A DNA stretch of 64,000 nt from a virus (lineage: Duplodnaviria > Caudoviricetes). A model generated the notes under the pieces. It had not been told where the DNA came from and did not search any database. It was given only the letters and a program-made list of their open reading frames with translations. The stretch spans positions 1 to 64,000 of IMG/VR virus record IMGVR_UViG_3300035498_000621, one strand, 5' to 3'. Position numbers and translations under genes: made by a program. Shown in pieces: positions 26,054 to 36,985 of this stretch (positions are counted from its first letter, which is position 1; every line of letters begins with the position of its first letter).

Positions 26054-26433
26054 AACAATATAATATTTATGCTGGGCTAAAAAATGGTTTTGGAGGTGCT
26101 CAATATCAGTTTACTGATCTTTGTGAAAATAAAGATGAAGCTGAAAATGAAGCATATGCAATAGCTTGTGGTGAATATGATTCATATCAAGAACTTCATG
26201 GCCTTTATAGCTGGGAAGATGCACAAAGAGATTTTTGCAATGAAAATGGAATTGATCCAGAAAATTGTGATGAAAATTCTTTTGATGCAATTCAAGAATA
26301 TTATGAAGATGCTAGAGAAGAATGGCTAGACTATTATGTCATCTCAACTGATGAAGATGATATAGATCAAGAGGATCTAATCATTGGATATCTTATTGAT
26401 AATGGTAATTCTAGCCAAACTACTAGCGAGTAA
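26050..26433 (+). CDS. Acidic hypothetical protein
   Basis: Track ORF 26017; coupled ATG at 26050. Confidence 0.7.
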   Translation: MKQYNIYAGLKNGFGGAQYQFTDLCENKDEAENEAYAIACGEYDSYQELHGLYSWEDAQRDFCNENGIDPENCDENSFDAIQEYYEDAREEWLDYYVISTDEDDIDQEDLIIGYLIDNGNSSQTTSE

Positions 26434-26707
26434 TAGAGATGATTGTGATTATACAACTTATGTATTTAAGAATTTAGAAGATAATGTAACTCCTCAAACT
26501 CGTTATGTTATGTGTGTTAAATATCCTAATTGGAATTCTATAAGATTAAAAATTGGTGATGAAGGATATTTACATTATGAAGAAATACATGCTGGAATAG
26601 ATAAATGGTATGATGGCAATGGTATGGTTGCATATAGATATGACACTATACAATTTATTAAATTTATTCCAAAAGCGAAAGAAGAAAGTTACGAATATAT
26701 TATGTAG
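26384..26707 (+). CDS. Hypothetical protein (ends in TAG)
   Basis: About 100 aa. Confidence 0.7.
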   Translation: MDILLIMVILAKLLASNRDDCDYTTYVFKNLEDNVTPQTRYVMCVKYPNWNSIRLKIGDEGYLHYEEIHAGIDKWYDGNGMVAYRYDTIQFIKFIPKAKEESYEYIM

Positions 26708-26745
26708 ATAAAAATTATACAAATATGAAAAGAATAAGTTAAACT

Positions 26746-27621
26746 ATGACAATGCTAAAAGACAAACTTACAGAAGCTATTAATGCAAAAAACAATGATG
26801 TAAAATCCTTTGTATGGAAAAAGGCACGTGATAAGGCTAGTGGTATTCAAGAAGAAATTAAGCTTATGGATGCTACTTCTGAAGATTTGAATAAATTTTA
26901 TTCACATTGTTGGTCAATGCTATATAGCACAGATAAGGTTAACCCTGGAAGATATGTACTTCTTGATATTATTAAAGAACAACGTGAAAAGTGTAATGTT
27001 GAAATTTATTTGAGAAAGTTGGCAGATGGTTCTATTCTTGCTGATGGCAAAGGATATCCTAGACATCTTTATTGTCAAGATATTCTTAGTTGTTTGAATA
27101 AGAATAGAGATATTTTTCCTCAAGATAAGCTAAAGGAACTTTCTATTAGTCTTATTACTGGTGGACTTCCTCGAGAATTTGAACGTTTGAATATCGCTTC
27201 AGTAATTGATGGCTGTCTTGATCAACTTGGTATTCTAGACAATAAGCATATTACTTTTAGTTTCATTTTGAATCTTGGTGTATTTCTTACTCCAGAAGAA
27301 ATGAAAGAATTTACTGAAAAGGATAAAGATGGCAATACTCGCAGTAAACTTGAAGTAATTAAAGAACGTTTGGGTATTAAACCTGATATTCGATTGACAG
27401 TTAAACCTACAGGTCTTAATTATTCTGAACTTCGAGCTATGCTTAAACTTCGTCCTGCTAAATATTCAGTTCTTACTACTGATCAACTTATGACTCTTCG
27501 TAATAAAGTTCTATTTAGACTTGAACAAGAAGTAAACTTCCATATTGCTCAATGGGAAGAGCGAATTCGTCAAATTAAGTTGGTAGCTCAAGCTCGAGAT
27601 ATCAAACTTGAATCATGCTAA
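26746..27621 (+). CDS. Hypothetical protein
   Basis: 291 aa. Confidence 0.8.
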   Translation: MTMLKDKLTEAINAKNNDVKSFVWKKARDKASGIQEEIKLMDATSEDLNKFYSHCWSMLYSTDKVNPGRYVLLDIIKEQREKCNVEIYLRKLADGSILADGKGYPRHLYCQDILSCLNKNRDIFPQDKLKELSISLITGGLPREFERLNIASVIDGCLDQLGILDNKHITFSFILNLGVFLTPEEMKEFTEKDKDGNTRSKLEVIKERLGIKPDIRLTVKPTGLNYSELRAMLKLRPAKYSVLTTDQLMTLRNKVLFRLEQEVNFHIAQWEERIRQIKLVAQARDIKLESC

Positions 27622-27711
27622 ATTTTATAATTAAATATATTTTAAATTGTCATAAGTTTAATAAAACAAATGTAGATAATTATTCTGCATTAATATATAT
27701 ATTATTAGACT

Positions 27712-28989
27712 GTGCAAGAATCTTTATTTAAAACAGTTACACGTGATGAACGACAAGAAGAAGCTCGTGTAAAATGGATTAAAAATCGATGTAAAGGAAC
27801 ATTCGAGTTCGCAACTGGTTTCGGGAAAACCTTCACAGCTATAAAATGTGTAAAATCAGTTGTTAATAAATACCCGAATATTAAAATTCTTATTATAGTA
27901 CCTACTGATAATTTAAAAGAACAATGGATTCAAAATCTTGATTATAATGGATTAACTTTTAATACAGATGTACAAATAGTTAATACTGTAATTAAACATC
28001 ACTATAAAACTGATATTTTAGTATTAGATGAATGTCATCGTTACGCTTCTGAAACTTTCAGGGAAATTTTTAATAAAGTTAACTACCGTTATATCCTTGG
28101 TCTTACTGCTACTTTTGAAAGATTAGATGGTAAGCATGAAATTATTAATAAATATTGTCCAGTAATAGATAAAGTAACTACTGAAGAAGCTCTTGCTAAT
28201 AATTGGTTATCTCAATATAAAGAATATCAAGTTTTAATAAATGTAGATGATATTGATGAATATAAAGAATATAATAAAGAGTTTACAAAACACTTTGAAT
28301 TCTTTGGATTTTCATTTCAAAAAGCTATGGATTGTATTGGACCAAAAGGATATATAAATCGAGCAAAATTGCGAGATGAAATGTGCCCTAATGGTACAGA
28401 CGAACAAAAGAAACAATGTTTTCAAGCTATTACATATCATGCTACTGGATTTATGAGAGCTATTCAAAAAAGAAAAGCTTTTATTAATAATCATCCTAAA
28501 AAAATAGAACTTGCTAGACATATTATTGAAATGCGACCAAACGCTAAAATAATTACTTTTTCTAATAATGTAAAAATGGCTGAATCTATAGGATTTGGCA
28601 AAGTTTATACTGGAAAAGATAGTAAGAAAAAAGGTCGTATAACATTAGAAGAATTTAATCAAGAAACTTCTGGTGTTATAAATTCATGTTCTAAATTAAA
28701 TGAAGGTGCAAATCTTAGAGGATTATCTGTAGCTATTATTCTTGGACTTGATTCATCAGAAACTAAATCTATTCAAAGAAGAGGACGAGCTATTAGAAAA
28801 GAAGAAGATAAAGTAGCTGAAATTTTCAATATAGTTATAGATGAAACTATTGAAACTAAATGGTTTACTAATTCTCATAAAACAAGTACATTTTTAACTA
28901 TTGATGAACAAGGTTTAAATGATGTATTACTTGGAAGAGAACCTAAACCTTATGTGAAAAAAATTAAGGATTTTACTTTTAGATATTAA
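27712..28989 (+). CDS. Superfamily 2 DExH helicase
   Basis: ATGFGKT, LDECH, GLTAT, QRRGRAIR. Confidence 0.92.
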   Translation: MQESLFKTVTRDERQEEARVKWIKNRCKGTFEFATGFGKTFTAIKCVKSVVNKYPNIKILIIVPTDNLKEQWIQNLDYNGLTFNTDVQIVNTVIKHHYKTDILVLDECHRYASETFREIFNKVNYRYILGLTATFERLDGKHEIINKYCPVIDKVTTEEALANNWLSQYKEYQVLINVDDIDEYKEYNKEFTKHFEFFGFSFQKAMDCIGPKGYINRAKLRDEMCPNGTDEQKKQCFQAITYHATGFMRAIQKRKAFINNHPKKIELARHIIEMRPNAKIITFSNNVKMAESIGFGKVYTGKDSKKKGRITLEEFNQETSGVINSCSKLNEGANLRGLSVAIILGLDSSETKSIQRRGRAIRKEEDKVAEIFNIVIDETIETKWFTNSHKTSTFLTIDEQGLNDVLLGREPKPYVKKIKDFTFRY

Positions 28990-28991
28990 AT

Positions 28992-29186
28992 ATGATAAAC
29001 GAGAAAATGATTGAACTCTTACTGTTACAAAAGATGTATAAAAAACTTAAATCATCTGGTTATTTTCTAGATATTGCTTATTATTGTGATAAACAATATA
29101 GTCTTGAGAAAATAATTAAACGTATATTAAAACTTGAAGAAGAGTTCTTAGAACCATATGTAATTAATTCCGACTCGAAAGAGTAA
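28992..29186 (+). CDS. Hypothetical protein
   Basis: 64 aa. Confidence 0.55.
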   Translation: MINEKMIELLLLQKMYKKLKSSGYFLDIAYYCDKQYSLEKIIKRILKLEEEFLEPYVINSDSKE

Positions 29187-29238
29187 TACTAAATTGCAGT
29201 TAAAGATAAAATGTATTAAACATTTATTTTAAACTGCT

Positions 29239-29853
29239 TTGAATTTAACATTAACATTAGAAGAGGAGGTAACACTTCTCAATAAATATAGGTTAATTCC
29301 AAATGAATTGCTTTTTATCAGAGTTTTGCTTATCTTACAAGATGAAAATAATGAAGAATTATTTTCTAAATATATTAATATCTTAAAAGATGATGGAATT
29401 AATCTAAGAGAGTTTATTTGTAAACTTCAAGAAAAGGAAATAATTCTGAAATCATATAAAATTCCAAAAGAAGGTTCTCCTTTTGATCCTTATGCTATTC
29501 CATTTAATAAGAATTTTTTAAAGAATCTTTATAAAAGTTCTTTTGAACTTGGAAAAGAATTATTTGAAGCATATCCACAATTTGGAAACATTAACGGAAA
29601 TATAATACCATTGCGTGGTGTTTCTAAGCACTTTGATTCTTTAGAAGATTGTTATTTTAAATATGGTAAATATATTGGTTGGTCTTCTGAAAAACATAAT
29701 AAAATCATTGAATTAGTAAATTGGGCCAAAGAAAATAATCTATTAAATATGTCTTTGTCGAGTTTTGTAATAAATAATTCTTGGCTTGATTTAGAATCAA
29801 TGAGAAAAGGAGATACAATAAATATTAATATTGATTCTATACGAATGTTATGA
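29239..29853 (+). CDS. Putative replication initiator / helicase-loader-like protein
   Basis: Directly upstream of DnaB; HTH-like N terminus, LFEAYP motif. Confidence 0.5.
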   Translation: MNLTLTLEEEVTLLNKYRLIPNELLFIRVLLILQDENNEELFSKYINILKDDGINLREFICKLQEKEIILKSYKIPKEGSPFDPYAIPFNKNFLKNLYKSSFELGKELFEAYPQFGNINGNIIPLRGVSKHFDSLEDCYFKYGKYIGWSSEKHNKIIELVNWAKENNLLNMSLSSFVINNSWLDLESMRKGDTININIDSIRML

Positions 29854-30935
29854 TTACTAATTCATTACTTCATCAAATTACTTATGGTAGAGAAGGAAGA
29901 AACTGGGGATTTTCTATGGGACTTCCTAAATTAGAAGAAGTTATAGATGGAGTAACTCAAGGAACTTATACTCTTGTATTTAGTCCAACTGGTACTGGTA
30001 AATCTAGTATTGCTCTTTATTCTTATATCTATAAACCTTTAATGGAACATTTAAATGATAATAATTTCAAAGTAAGTTATTTTAGCTTGGAAATGTCAAG
30101 TGAAATGCTATATGCTAAATTATTAAGCATGTATATTTTTGAAAAATATCATATTGAATTATCCACAAAAGAACTTCTTTCTAGAAAGAAAGATTATATT
30201 CTTTCTGATGAAAATTATGAGATAGTAAAAGAATGTTTACCGTGGCTACATCAAGTAGAGGAAAAAGTTTCTGTTTATGATAAATCTTTAAGTGCAGAAA
30301 GTCTTTATTCTATTTTAATGAAAGAATTAGAAAAAGAAGGAACTTTTACTGAAACTGAAGAAAGAAAAATCTATACACCTAATAATGAAAATCTTATTCA
30401 TTTAGTTGTTATAGATCACTTATCATTAGTAAGACGTTCAAACGGACGTACTCTAAAAGAGGAAATGGATTTAATTTCATCATATTTAGTTACTTTACGA
30501 AATAGATGTAAAATAAGTCCTCTTGTAATAATGCAGGCGAATAGAAATTCTACTGCTATGGATAGACGAAAAGAAGGTTTAAACAATTTAAGAATTGATG
30601 ATACCAAAGATACAGGTGCGCCAGCCCAAGACGCGGAAATAATTATTTCTATATTTAATCCATATAGAGAAAAATTATCTTCATATCGAGGATATGATAT
30701 TAAATCATTAGGAAGTAACTTTAGAGTTGTTACTGTACTTAAAAATCGATATGGAGAAGCAGATGTAGAAGTTGGTTGTGCTTTTTATGGTAGAATTTCT
30801 TATTTTGCAGAACTTCCAAAACCTGAAGAGATATACGATTATGAAAAGTATAATAATCCTAATTGGATTATAGATGAAGATAATATAAAAGAAAAAGATG
30901 AAAACTCAATTCAAACATCTAAATTTATATTATAA
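29850..30935 (+). CDS. dnaB: DnaB-like replicative helicase
   Basis: SPTGTGKS Walker A, FSLEMS, VVIDHL, MQANR, KNRYG. Confidence 0.88.
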   Translation: MITNSLLHQITYGREGRNWGFSMGLPKLEEVIDGVTQGTYTLVFSPTGTGKSSIALYSYIYKPLMEHLNDNNFKVSYFSLEMSSEMLYAKLLSMYIFEKYHIELSTKELLSRKKDYILSDENYEIVKECLPWLHQVEEKVSVYDKSLSAESLYSILMKELEKEGTFTETEERKIYTPNNENLIHLVVIDHLSLVRRSNGRTLKEEMDLISSYLVTLRNRCKISPLVIMQANRNSTAMDRRKEGLNNLRIDDTKDTGAPAQDAEIIISIFNPYREKLSSYRGYDIKSLGSNFRVVTVLKNRYGEADVEVGCAFYGRISYFAELPKPEEIYDYEKYNNPNWIIDEDNIKEKDENSIQTSKFIL

Positions 30936-31627
30936 TGGCTGAGCTTATAGCAATTGTAGGTGAAAGTGGATCAGGTAAAACAACTTCTATTAGAAATTTG
31001 AATCCTGAACATACTTTTATTATTTCTACTACTGGTAAACGTCCTGGAATTAAAGGAGCAAATAAGAAATATCCAACATTTAATGTAGCTGATGGCAAAG
31101 TTAGTGGAAATTTCTTTACTACTAGTAATGTAGATAAAATTGGTCAAATGCTTCAGATTATTGATAAGAAAATGCCGCACATTACAACTGTTGTTATTGA
31201 CGATTATCAGTATGTGATGGGGTTCGAAGCAATGGATCGAGCAAAAGAAAAGAGCTATGATAAATTTACTGACATTGCGCAACATGCATATCAAGTTTTG
31301 AAGACTAGTATGAATATGCGTGATGATCTTAATGTTGTTGTTTCAACTCATAGTGAAAATACTGGAGATAGAATTTCTCCATATTATAAAATGAAGACAT
31401 TAGGTAAAATGTTGGATTCTGTAATTACTCTTGAAGGGTTGTTTACTTATGTATTCTTTACTACTGTACAACGTGATGATGATGGAAAAGCTTCATATAA
31501 ATTTATAACAAATTCAGATGGAACTTGTACTGCAAAATCACCAATGGGATTATTTGAAGAAATTTATGTTGATAATGATTTAGATATGATTCTTAAACGT
31601 ATTAAAGAATATAACGAAGAAGACTAA
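30935..31627 (+). CDS. AAA_24 / Sak4-like ATPase
   Basis: GESGSGKT, VVIDD, TAKSPMG. Confidence 0.82.
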   Translation: MAELIAIVGESGSGKTTSIRNLNPEHTFIISTTGKRPGIKGANKKYPTFNVADGKVSGNFFTTSNVDKIGQMLQIIDKKMPHITTVVIDDYQYVMGFEAMDRAKEKSYDKFTDIAQHAYQVLKTSMNMRDDLNVVVSTHSENTGDRISPYYKMKTLGKMLDSVITLEGLFTYVFFTTVQRDDDGKASYKFITNSDGTCTAKSPMGLFEEIYVDNDLDMILKRIKEYNEED

Positions 31628-32214
31628 TGGAACCAATTATAGAAGAATTTACTATTACATTAAAGTATCAAGTAAAAGTTGATACAGAAACTGGAGAAAT
31701 GACAACTAAATGTGTTTCTCGTAAAGTAGATAAATCTAATTTTGAAGTAGTAGAATCTAAAAAGAAGAAAACTACTAAAAATGAAAGTTCTGAGCCAAAA
31801 TTGATTCTTGAAAATAATAAATATCAACTTACTCAAGCCGCTGTTGATCTTATGGGTGTTGAACCTGATGATAAGATTGATATTAAATATGAAAAGCAAG
31901 GTAAAGATATTATTCCTGTTATTGGATCTGATGAAATTTTTGGTACAAAGCAAGGAAATCGACTTACAAAGAGTTTAACTGTTGCTTGTAGAGGTAATAA
32001 GAATGAAGAATTAGCTAAATTTGGTTCTGAATTTACATTAGTACCTCATCCAAATAAAACTGGAATTTTTATTTTATCTACAGGAATTGTTAATGATGAA
32101 ATAGAAGAGCCAGAAGAGGAAGAAATTGATCTTCCTGATATAGATTTACAAGATTTAATAGATAATGAAGATGCAGATATTACTGAAGTTTCAGCTTCGA
32201 TGTTTCAACTTTAA
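31627..32214 (+). CDS. Hypothetical protein with acidic tail
   Basis: 195 aa. Confidence 0.75.
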   Translation: MEPIIEEFTITLKYQVKVDTETGEMTTKCVSRKVDKSNFEVVESKKKKTTKNESSEPKLILENNKYQLTQAAVDLMGVEPDDKIDIKYEKQGKDIIPVIGSDEIFGTKQGNRLTKSLTVACRGNKNEELAKFGSEFTLVPHPNKTGIFILSTGIVNDEIEEPEEEEIDLPDIDLQDLIDNEDADITEVSASMFQL

Positions 32215-32233
32215 TTTTTAATTTTTAATTATT

Positions 32234-32962
32234 ATGTCATTTAATTTTAATCTTAATAGCACACCTGTAGCAAATAATACTGCATATCTTAAAGCTTATG
32301 ATATTTATAATAATGTAGGCATTGATTCAGTTGAATTTAAAAGCGGTACTTCTGAGAAAGGAAATAATTGGAAATGTTTGAAGATTACTTTTAAGTGTCC
32401 TGATGGCATTTATACAGAAAGTCTATTTATTCCTAATGCTGAAAATGTAAAGGATACAACTCGTCAAGAATTTGATATGCCTAATGGTGGTAAAAGACCA
32501 GCTCCTTCTAATGCAGAAAATTTTATGGCTACTGTTGCTGCTATTGGTCGTAATTTCAATCCTAAAGGATATGAAAAGCTTCAAGAATTGAGTTCTAAAT
32601 TTAATTCATTTGATGATGTTGCAAAAGGTCTAAAACAAATTCTAGAAAAAGGAACTGTTACTACATCTATGAAACTTGTAGGTAAGACTACTGCTGATGG
32701 TAAAGTATATGCACGTCTTCCAAAGCCTCTTGGTATGACTCAAGATAAGGAATCTGGAGAATGGCGAGCTTTTGCAATTGCTATGTTTGGTGATAATCTT
32801 GAATTTACCGCATATGAGCAAAATCAGCGTAATGCTTATCATAATGCTAAGCCTACTTCTGTAGGTAATTCTAATGTAGAGACTGATTCTATTAATAATT
32901 TTGATACTCCTAATGGAGGTTCAGAAGATATTGATTTTAACAGTCTTATAAGCGAACTTTAA
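32234..32962 (+). CDS. Putative single-stranded DNA-binding protein
   Basis: Position in replication module, acidic C terminus (EDIDF). Confidence 0.55.
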   Translation: MSFNFNLNSTPVANNTAYLKAYDIYNNVGIDSVEFKSGTSEKGNNWKCLKITFKCPDGIYTESLFIPNAENVKDTTRQEFDMPNGGKRPAPSNAENFMATVAAIGRNFNPKGYEKLQELSSKFNSFDDVAKGLKQILEKGTVTTSMKLVGKTTADGKVYARLPKPLGMTQDKESGEWRAFAIAMFGDNLEFTAYEQNQRNAYHNAKPTSVGNSNVETDSINNFDTPNGGSEDIDFNSLISEL

Positions 32963-32968
32963 TAAGTT

Positions 32969-32999
32969 TTTGTTATTAGACTAAAATTTTATATATTTG
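32969..32999 (+). promoter_or_regulatory. Promoter for primase operon
   Basis: TTTG 32969-32972, TATATTTG 32992-32999. Confidence 0.7.
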
Positions 33000-33022
33000 C
33001 AATATTAATTATTGCATAATTT

Positions 33023-34042
33023 ATGGATTTTAGTTTAAAAGAAAAGCCTAAATTAAATAAGGATTTAATTTTATCTACGTTAACTGAAGAACAAATATTT
33101 GGTTTCTATATTGGATCGGAAATAAAGAGTAAAAAACTCTTCCGATCCAAACTTAGAAATGATAAAAATCCTACTTGTAGTATGTATAGAAATAAATCTG
33201 GGAGTCTTATATATAAAGACTTTGCTACTGATCAATATCTAAATTGTTTTGGGTATGTAATGGAGCTATTTAGATGTAATTACTATACAGCATTACAAAT
33301 AATTGCTAATGACTTTAATATTATTCATGACGATTCTTTTGTAAAAAATAAAGGTAAAATTATTCCTAAAGAATTTAAAATTGAAGAAAAAGAGTTTTCA
33401 AAAATTCAAATTGAAGCCCAAGAATTTACTGATTTAGAATTAAAATGGTGGGCTAAATATGGAATAACTTTAGAGATATTAAAAAAATATAACGTATATT
33501 CTTGTAAACACATTTTCTTAAATGGGCAATTAATTGCTAAATCTCAACAGCATTGTCCTATTTTTGGATATTATGGAAAAAAATATCAAGGAAATGAATT
33601 ATGGAAAATATATTTTCCTAAACGTAAAGAAGGAAGATTTATGGGAAATTATCCTTCAAAAAAAATGCAAGGCTATGAACAACTTCCAAAAACTGGGAAA
33701 ATATGTGTAATTACAAAAGCTCAAAAGGATTGTATGACTCTTTATTCATTAGGAATTCCTGCTTGTGCTCCAAATTCTGAAACTGTTATTCCTTCAGAAA
33801 ATATAATTAATGATCTTAAAAAAAGATTTAAATATATAATTTGCTTATGGGATAACGATTATACAGGAATATCTTTTCTTAATAAATTTAAAAAGAAATA
33901 TCCTGAATTAATATATACATGGATTCCAAAAAAATTAGGAGCAAAAGATATTAGCGATTTTTATAAAGAAAATGGTAAACAGAAAACGCTGAATTTAATT
34001 AAAGAATTTTTATTATGGCTAAAAAAACGTAGAAAGAATTGA
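33023..34042 (+). CDS. DNA primase (Toprim)
   Basis: RNDKNPTC, YKDFA, KAQKDC, WDND.TG, KDISDF. Confidence 0.85.
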   Translation: MDFSLKEKPKLNKDLILSTLTEEQIFGFYIGSEIKSKKLFRSKLRNDKNPTCSMYRNKSGSLIYKDFATDQYLNCFGYVMELFRCNYYTALQIIANDFNIIHDDSFVKNKGKIIPKEFKIEEKEFSKIQIEAQEFTDLELKWWAKYGITLEILKKYNVYSCKHIFLNGQLIAKSQQHCPIFGYYGKKYQGNELWKIYFPKRKEGRFMGNYPSKKMQGYEQLPKTGKICVITKAQKDCMTLYSLGIPACAPNSETVIPSENIINDLKKRFKYIICLWDNDYTGISFLNKFKKKYPELIYTWIPKKLGAKDISDFYKENGKQKTLNLIKEFLLWLKKRRKN

Positions 34043-34578
34043 ATACTGCTTGTAAAGCTACATTTAAAAATGGAACAACTCAAGAGTTTTCTTCAATTGA
34101 AGAAGCTAGTGAGAAAACTGGTATTAGTATTGCATCAATTAAAATAAGATGTAATAAACCTGGAACTGGAGGTAAAGATAAAACTTTATTTGAATGGTTA
34201 GATGAATATACTGCTCGATATTATCGTGCTAAAAAATCTAAATCAAAAGGTAAAGATTTAGAATATGAAATAGTAGAGAAATTAAAAGAAATTGGATATG
34301 AAAATGTTTGTAGATCTGCTGGAGAGTCTAAAAAATTAGATAATATGAAGGTAGATATTGCTGATCCTAGTGGAGAACTTGAAGTAGCAATACAAGCTAA
34401 ACATTATGCCAATTTTCCTAACTATTTTAATATTAAGTCTGAGTGTCCAGACCCTAGGGATTTTGTATTAATATGGAAAAAATCAGCAGAAGGCGGTACT
34501 ATTAGTAAAGGTACTGTAGCTATAATGGATGTTGATTTATTTTATAAATTATTAGAGAATTATCATAAAAATAAATGA
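34039..34578 (+). CDS. NUMOD1-like HTH fused to Holliday-junction-resolvase-like PD-(D/E)XK nuclease
   Basis: FSSIEEASEKTGI; KGKDLEYEI...KVDI...IQAK. Confidence 0.7.
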   Translation: MNTACKATFKNGTTQEFSSIEEASEKTGISIASIKIRCNKPGTGGKDKTLFEWLDEYTARYYRAKKSKSKGKDLEYEIVEKLKEIGYENVCRSAGESKKLDNMKVDIADPSGELEVAIQAKHYANFPNYFNIKSECPDPRDFVLIWKKSAEGGTISKGTVAIMDVDLFYKLLENYHKNK

Positions 34579-34796
34579 ATAAATATATAATTCCTATTTG
34601 TGATATTCAAGCAGGTTCTATATGGACTCATGTTATTATGGCAAAGTCTAGATCTGATTGTGAAGAAAAACTTATAAATAAGTTAATAGAGTTATATGAT
34701 GTATTAGATAACTTTAATACTTACAGAGAATTTGTAGAAAATGCTGATGAACACGATATCTTAATAGGAGATATAACAGATATTGAAGAACTATGA
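34575..34796 (+). CDS. Hypothetical protein
   Basis: 73 aa, coupled. Confidence 0.7.
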   Translation: MNKYIIPICDIQAGSIWTHVIMAKSRSDCEEKLINKLIELYDVLDNFNTYREFVENADEHDILIGDITDIEEL

Positions 34797-35320
34797 ATTT
34801 AAAAGTTTCTATGGACCTTGACGGATGTTTATGTGATTTTTATGGTCCTTATATATCAAGATTTGGTAATCCAACAAAAGATTCTGAAATCACTAAAAAT
34901 GTAAATACAGTTTTAGCTAATGATAAAGATTTTTGGATGAATCTACCAGTTATAAATGAATTAAATTTTACTCCTAGACAATATACTACTGCTAGGATAA
35001 TTAAAAAACAATGGATTAAAGAATATTTAAATAAAGAATTATTTCCAAAAGCTCCTGTATATCAAATTCATGGTTATGGGTTAAGTAAATACAGTAAGAT
35101 CAAAATGGGAGGCTGTCATCTACATATTGATGATAGCCTTTCTGTTTTTACTGATCTTAATTTAAAAGGAATTCCTTGTTTATTATTAGATACTCCAACT
35201 AATCAATCGTGGGGTCCCATAGGACGTATTTATTCTTTAGACAAAGATGAAATAGAAGAAACATATCATCTTTTTAATAAGACTATGTTTCCATATTTTA
35301 AAGAATTAATTAATGAATAA
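34793..35320 (+). CDS. HAD-family 5'(3')-nucleotidase-like protein
   Basis: MDLDGCLCDF, TTAR, HIDDS. Confidence 0.8.
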   Translation: MNLKVSMDLDGCLCDFYGPYISRFGNPTKDSEITKNVNTVLANDKDFWMNLPVINELNFTPRQYTTARIIKKQWIKEYLNKELFPKAPVYQIHGYGLSKYSKIKMGGCHLHIDDSLSVFTDLNLKGIPCLLLDTPTNQSWGPIGRIYSLDKDEIEETYHLFNKTMFPYFKELINE

Positions 35321-36383
35321 TAATGTTTTAACAAAAGAATTTCTTAATTCTATTCAAATAATTCCACTTTTAGATACACTTCGATTACAAAAAATTGATG
35401 ATGAAGAATATTTTTCAGAAAAATATTCTAATTATATAAGTAATTCTAGGTTAGGTTTAATAAATCCAGAACAGGATAATGATCCTAAAGCTTTTTTTGA
35501 AGGGCTTAGTAAACATTCTAAATACAGCGATGCATTAATTTTTGGTAGTGCGGTACATGAGCTTACACTTCAACCAGAATTATTTTATCTTTGTTCTGAT
35601 GTTGATAGACCTACTGCTAAAATGGGGTTTATGTGTGATGAACTTTATAATATATGGATTAGAAATAATTTTCAAATATCTGATGAAGATGTAATAAAAA
35701 TTTCTGATAAAATTGATTATTATAAAGGTAAAATGACTCCAGAAAGAATACAAGCTGTAAAAAACGCTGGAAAATTATATTGGGATGCAAGAATTAAAAA
35801 TGAAAAGAATAATAATTCAAACCTTATTCCAATATATCTTGATGTAAAAAGCAGAGAAAGAGTTAATGCTTGTATCAATTCTTTAAGTAAAAGTAAAAAA
35901 ATTCAGGATCTTTTACATCCAAAAGGAATTATAGAAGATCCAATTTCTGAAAATGAACAAGCTATTCTAATGGATGTAGAAGTTAGAATATCTGGATATA
36001 ATCCTTTTAAACTTAAATTAAAGTCTAAATTGGATAATTATACAATAGATAAAGAGTCCAATATTATTACAGTTAATGATGTAAAAACTATTGGTAAAAT
36101 TTTATCTGAATTTCCTAATAATTTTAATAAATTTCATTATAGTAGAGAATTAGGACTTTATAGTTGGTTATTAAGCCTTTGTGCTAAAAAATATTATGGA
36201 ATGGATGATTGTACTATTAAAAGTAATTGTTTAGTAGTATCTACTATTCCACAATATTATTCTAAAGTATATGAAGTTACTAGGAAAAATCTTTTACAAG
36301 GATTTAATGAATTTAAATATCTGTTACGATTAGTTGCTTATTATACAGCAACACAATATAAAGATTTTGGAATATGGATATAA
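35313..36383 (+). CDS. PD-(D/E)XK exonuclease (RecE/ExoVIII-like)
   Basis: ISNSRL, FGSAVHEL, KSKLD..NDVKT, YSRELGLY. Confidence 0.78.
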   Translation: MNNNVLTKEFLNSIQIIPLLDTLRLQKIDDEEYFSEKYSNYISNSRLGLINPEQDNDPKAFFEGLSKHSKYSDALIFGSAVHELTLQPELFYLCSDVDRPTAKMGFMCDELYNIWIRNNFQISDEDVIKISDKIDYYKGKMTPERIQAVKNAGKLYWDARIKNEKNNNSNLIPIYLDVKSRERVNACINSLSKSKKIQDLLHPKGIIEDPISENEQAILMDVEVRISGYNPFKLKLKSKLDNYTIDKESNIITVNDVKTIGKILSEFPNNFNKFHYSRELGLYSWLLSLCAKKYYGMDDCTIKSNCLVVSTIPQYYSKVYEVTRKNLLQGFNEFKYLLRLVAYYTATQYKDFGIWI

Positions 36384-36715
36384 TTAAAACACCTCCATAT
36401 GAAGAAATGCAGGAAATATATAATAAATATTTTTCTTTAGGATTTTTAGGTAAAAATATTTCTAACAAGTTTGCTCTTATAAGTCTTACCTGTTATCTTA
36501 CTGAAAAATTAAAAGCTAAAAAACCTGATATTACTCATTGGACTATTCTTTATAAAATTAGTAATGGATCAGTTTCTGAAGATTATTTAAAAAGATTAGC
36601 TGTTATCTGTTCAGATTTAAGTTATGGATGTAATGAATTTCCAACTTTTGATCTAAAAGATAAAGATATTCCTGCAAAAATAAAAGAATTGTTAGATCAA
36701 CATCTACCTTTCTAA
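36374..36715 (+). CDS. Hypothetical protein
   Basis: 113 aa. Confidence 0.7.
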   Translation: MDIIKTPPYEEMQEIYNKYFSLGFLGKNISNKFALISLTCYLTEKLKAKKPDITHWTILYKISNGSVSEDYLKRLAVICSDLSYGCNEFPTFDLKDKDIPAKIKELLDQHLPF

Positions 36716-36778
36716 ATAGAAAATTCAGATTTAATTTCCAAGTAAAATATAAATTAACATTTTTTAACAGATTAGTAA

Positions 36779-36918
36779 TTTGAAATAAAAGAAAATATAT
36801 CTATTTTTGTATCACTAATCTGGAAATAAGATGGTTTTAATGCCAGATAATTTAACTAAAAATGTTAATAGATTTAACAAATATTACTTTAATAATTCAA
36901 TAGAAAGTAATATATTTG
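36779..36918 (+). promoter_or_regulatory. Tandem Bacteroidetes-type promoters
   Basis: TTTG 36779 + TATTTTTG 36802-36809; TTTA 36888 + TATATTTG 36911-36918. Confidence 0.6.
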
Positions 36919-36985
36919 TACATAGTTAATGTAGATGATAATACGAATTAATGTTTTATTTGAATTTTATAAATTTTATTGAATT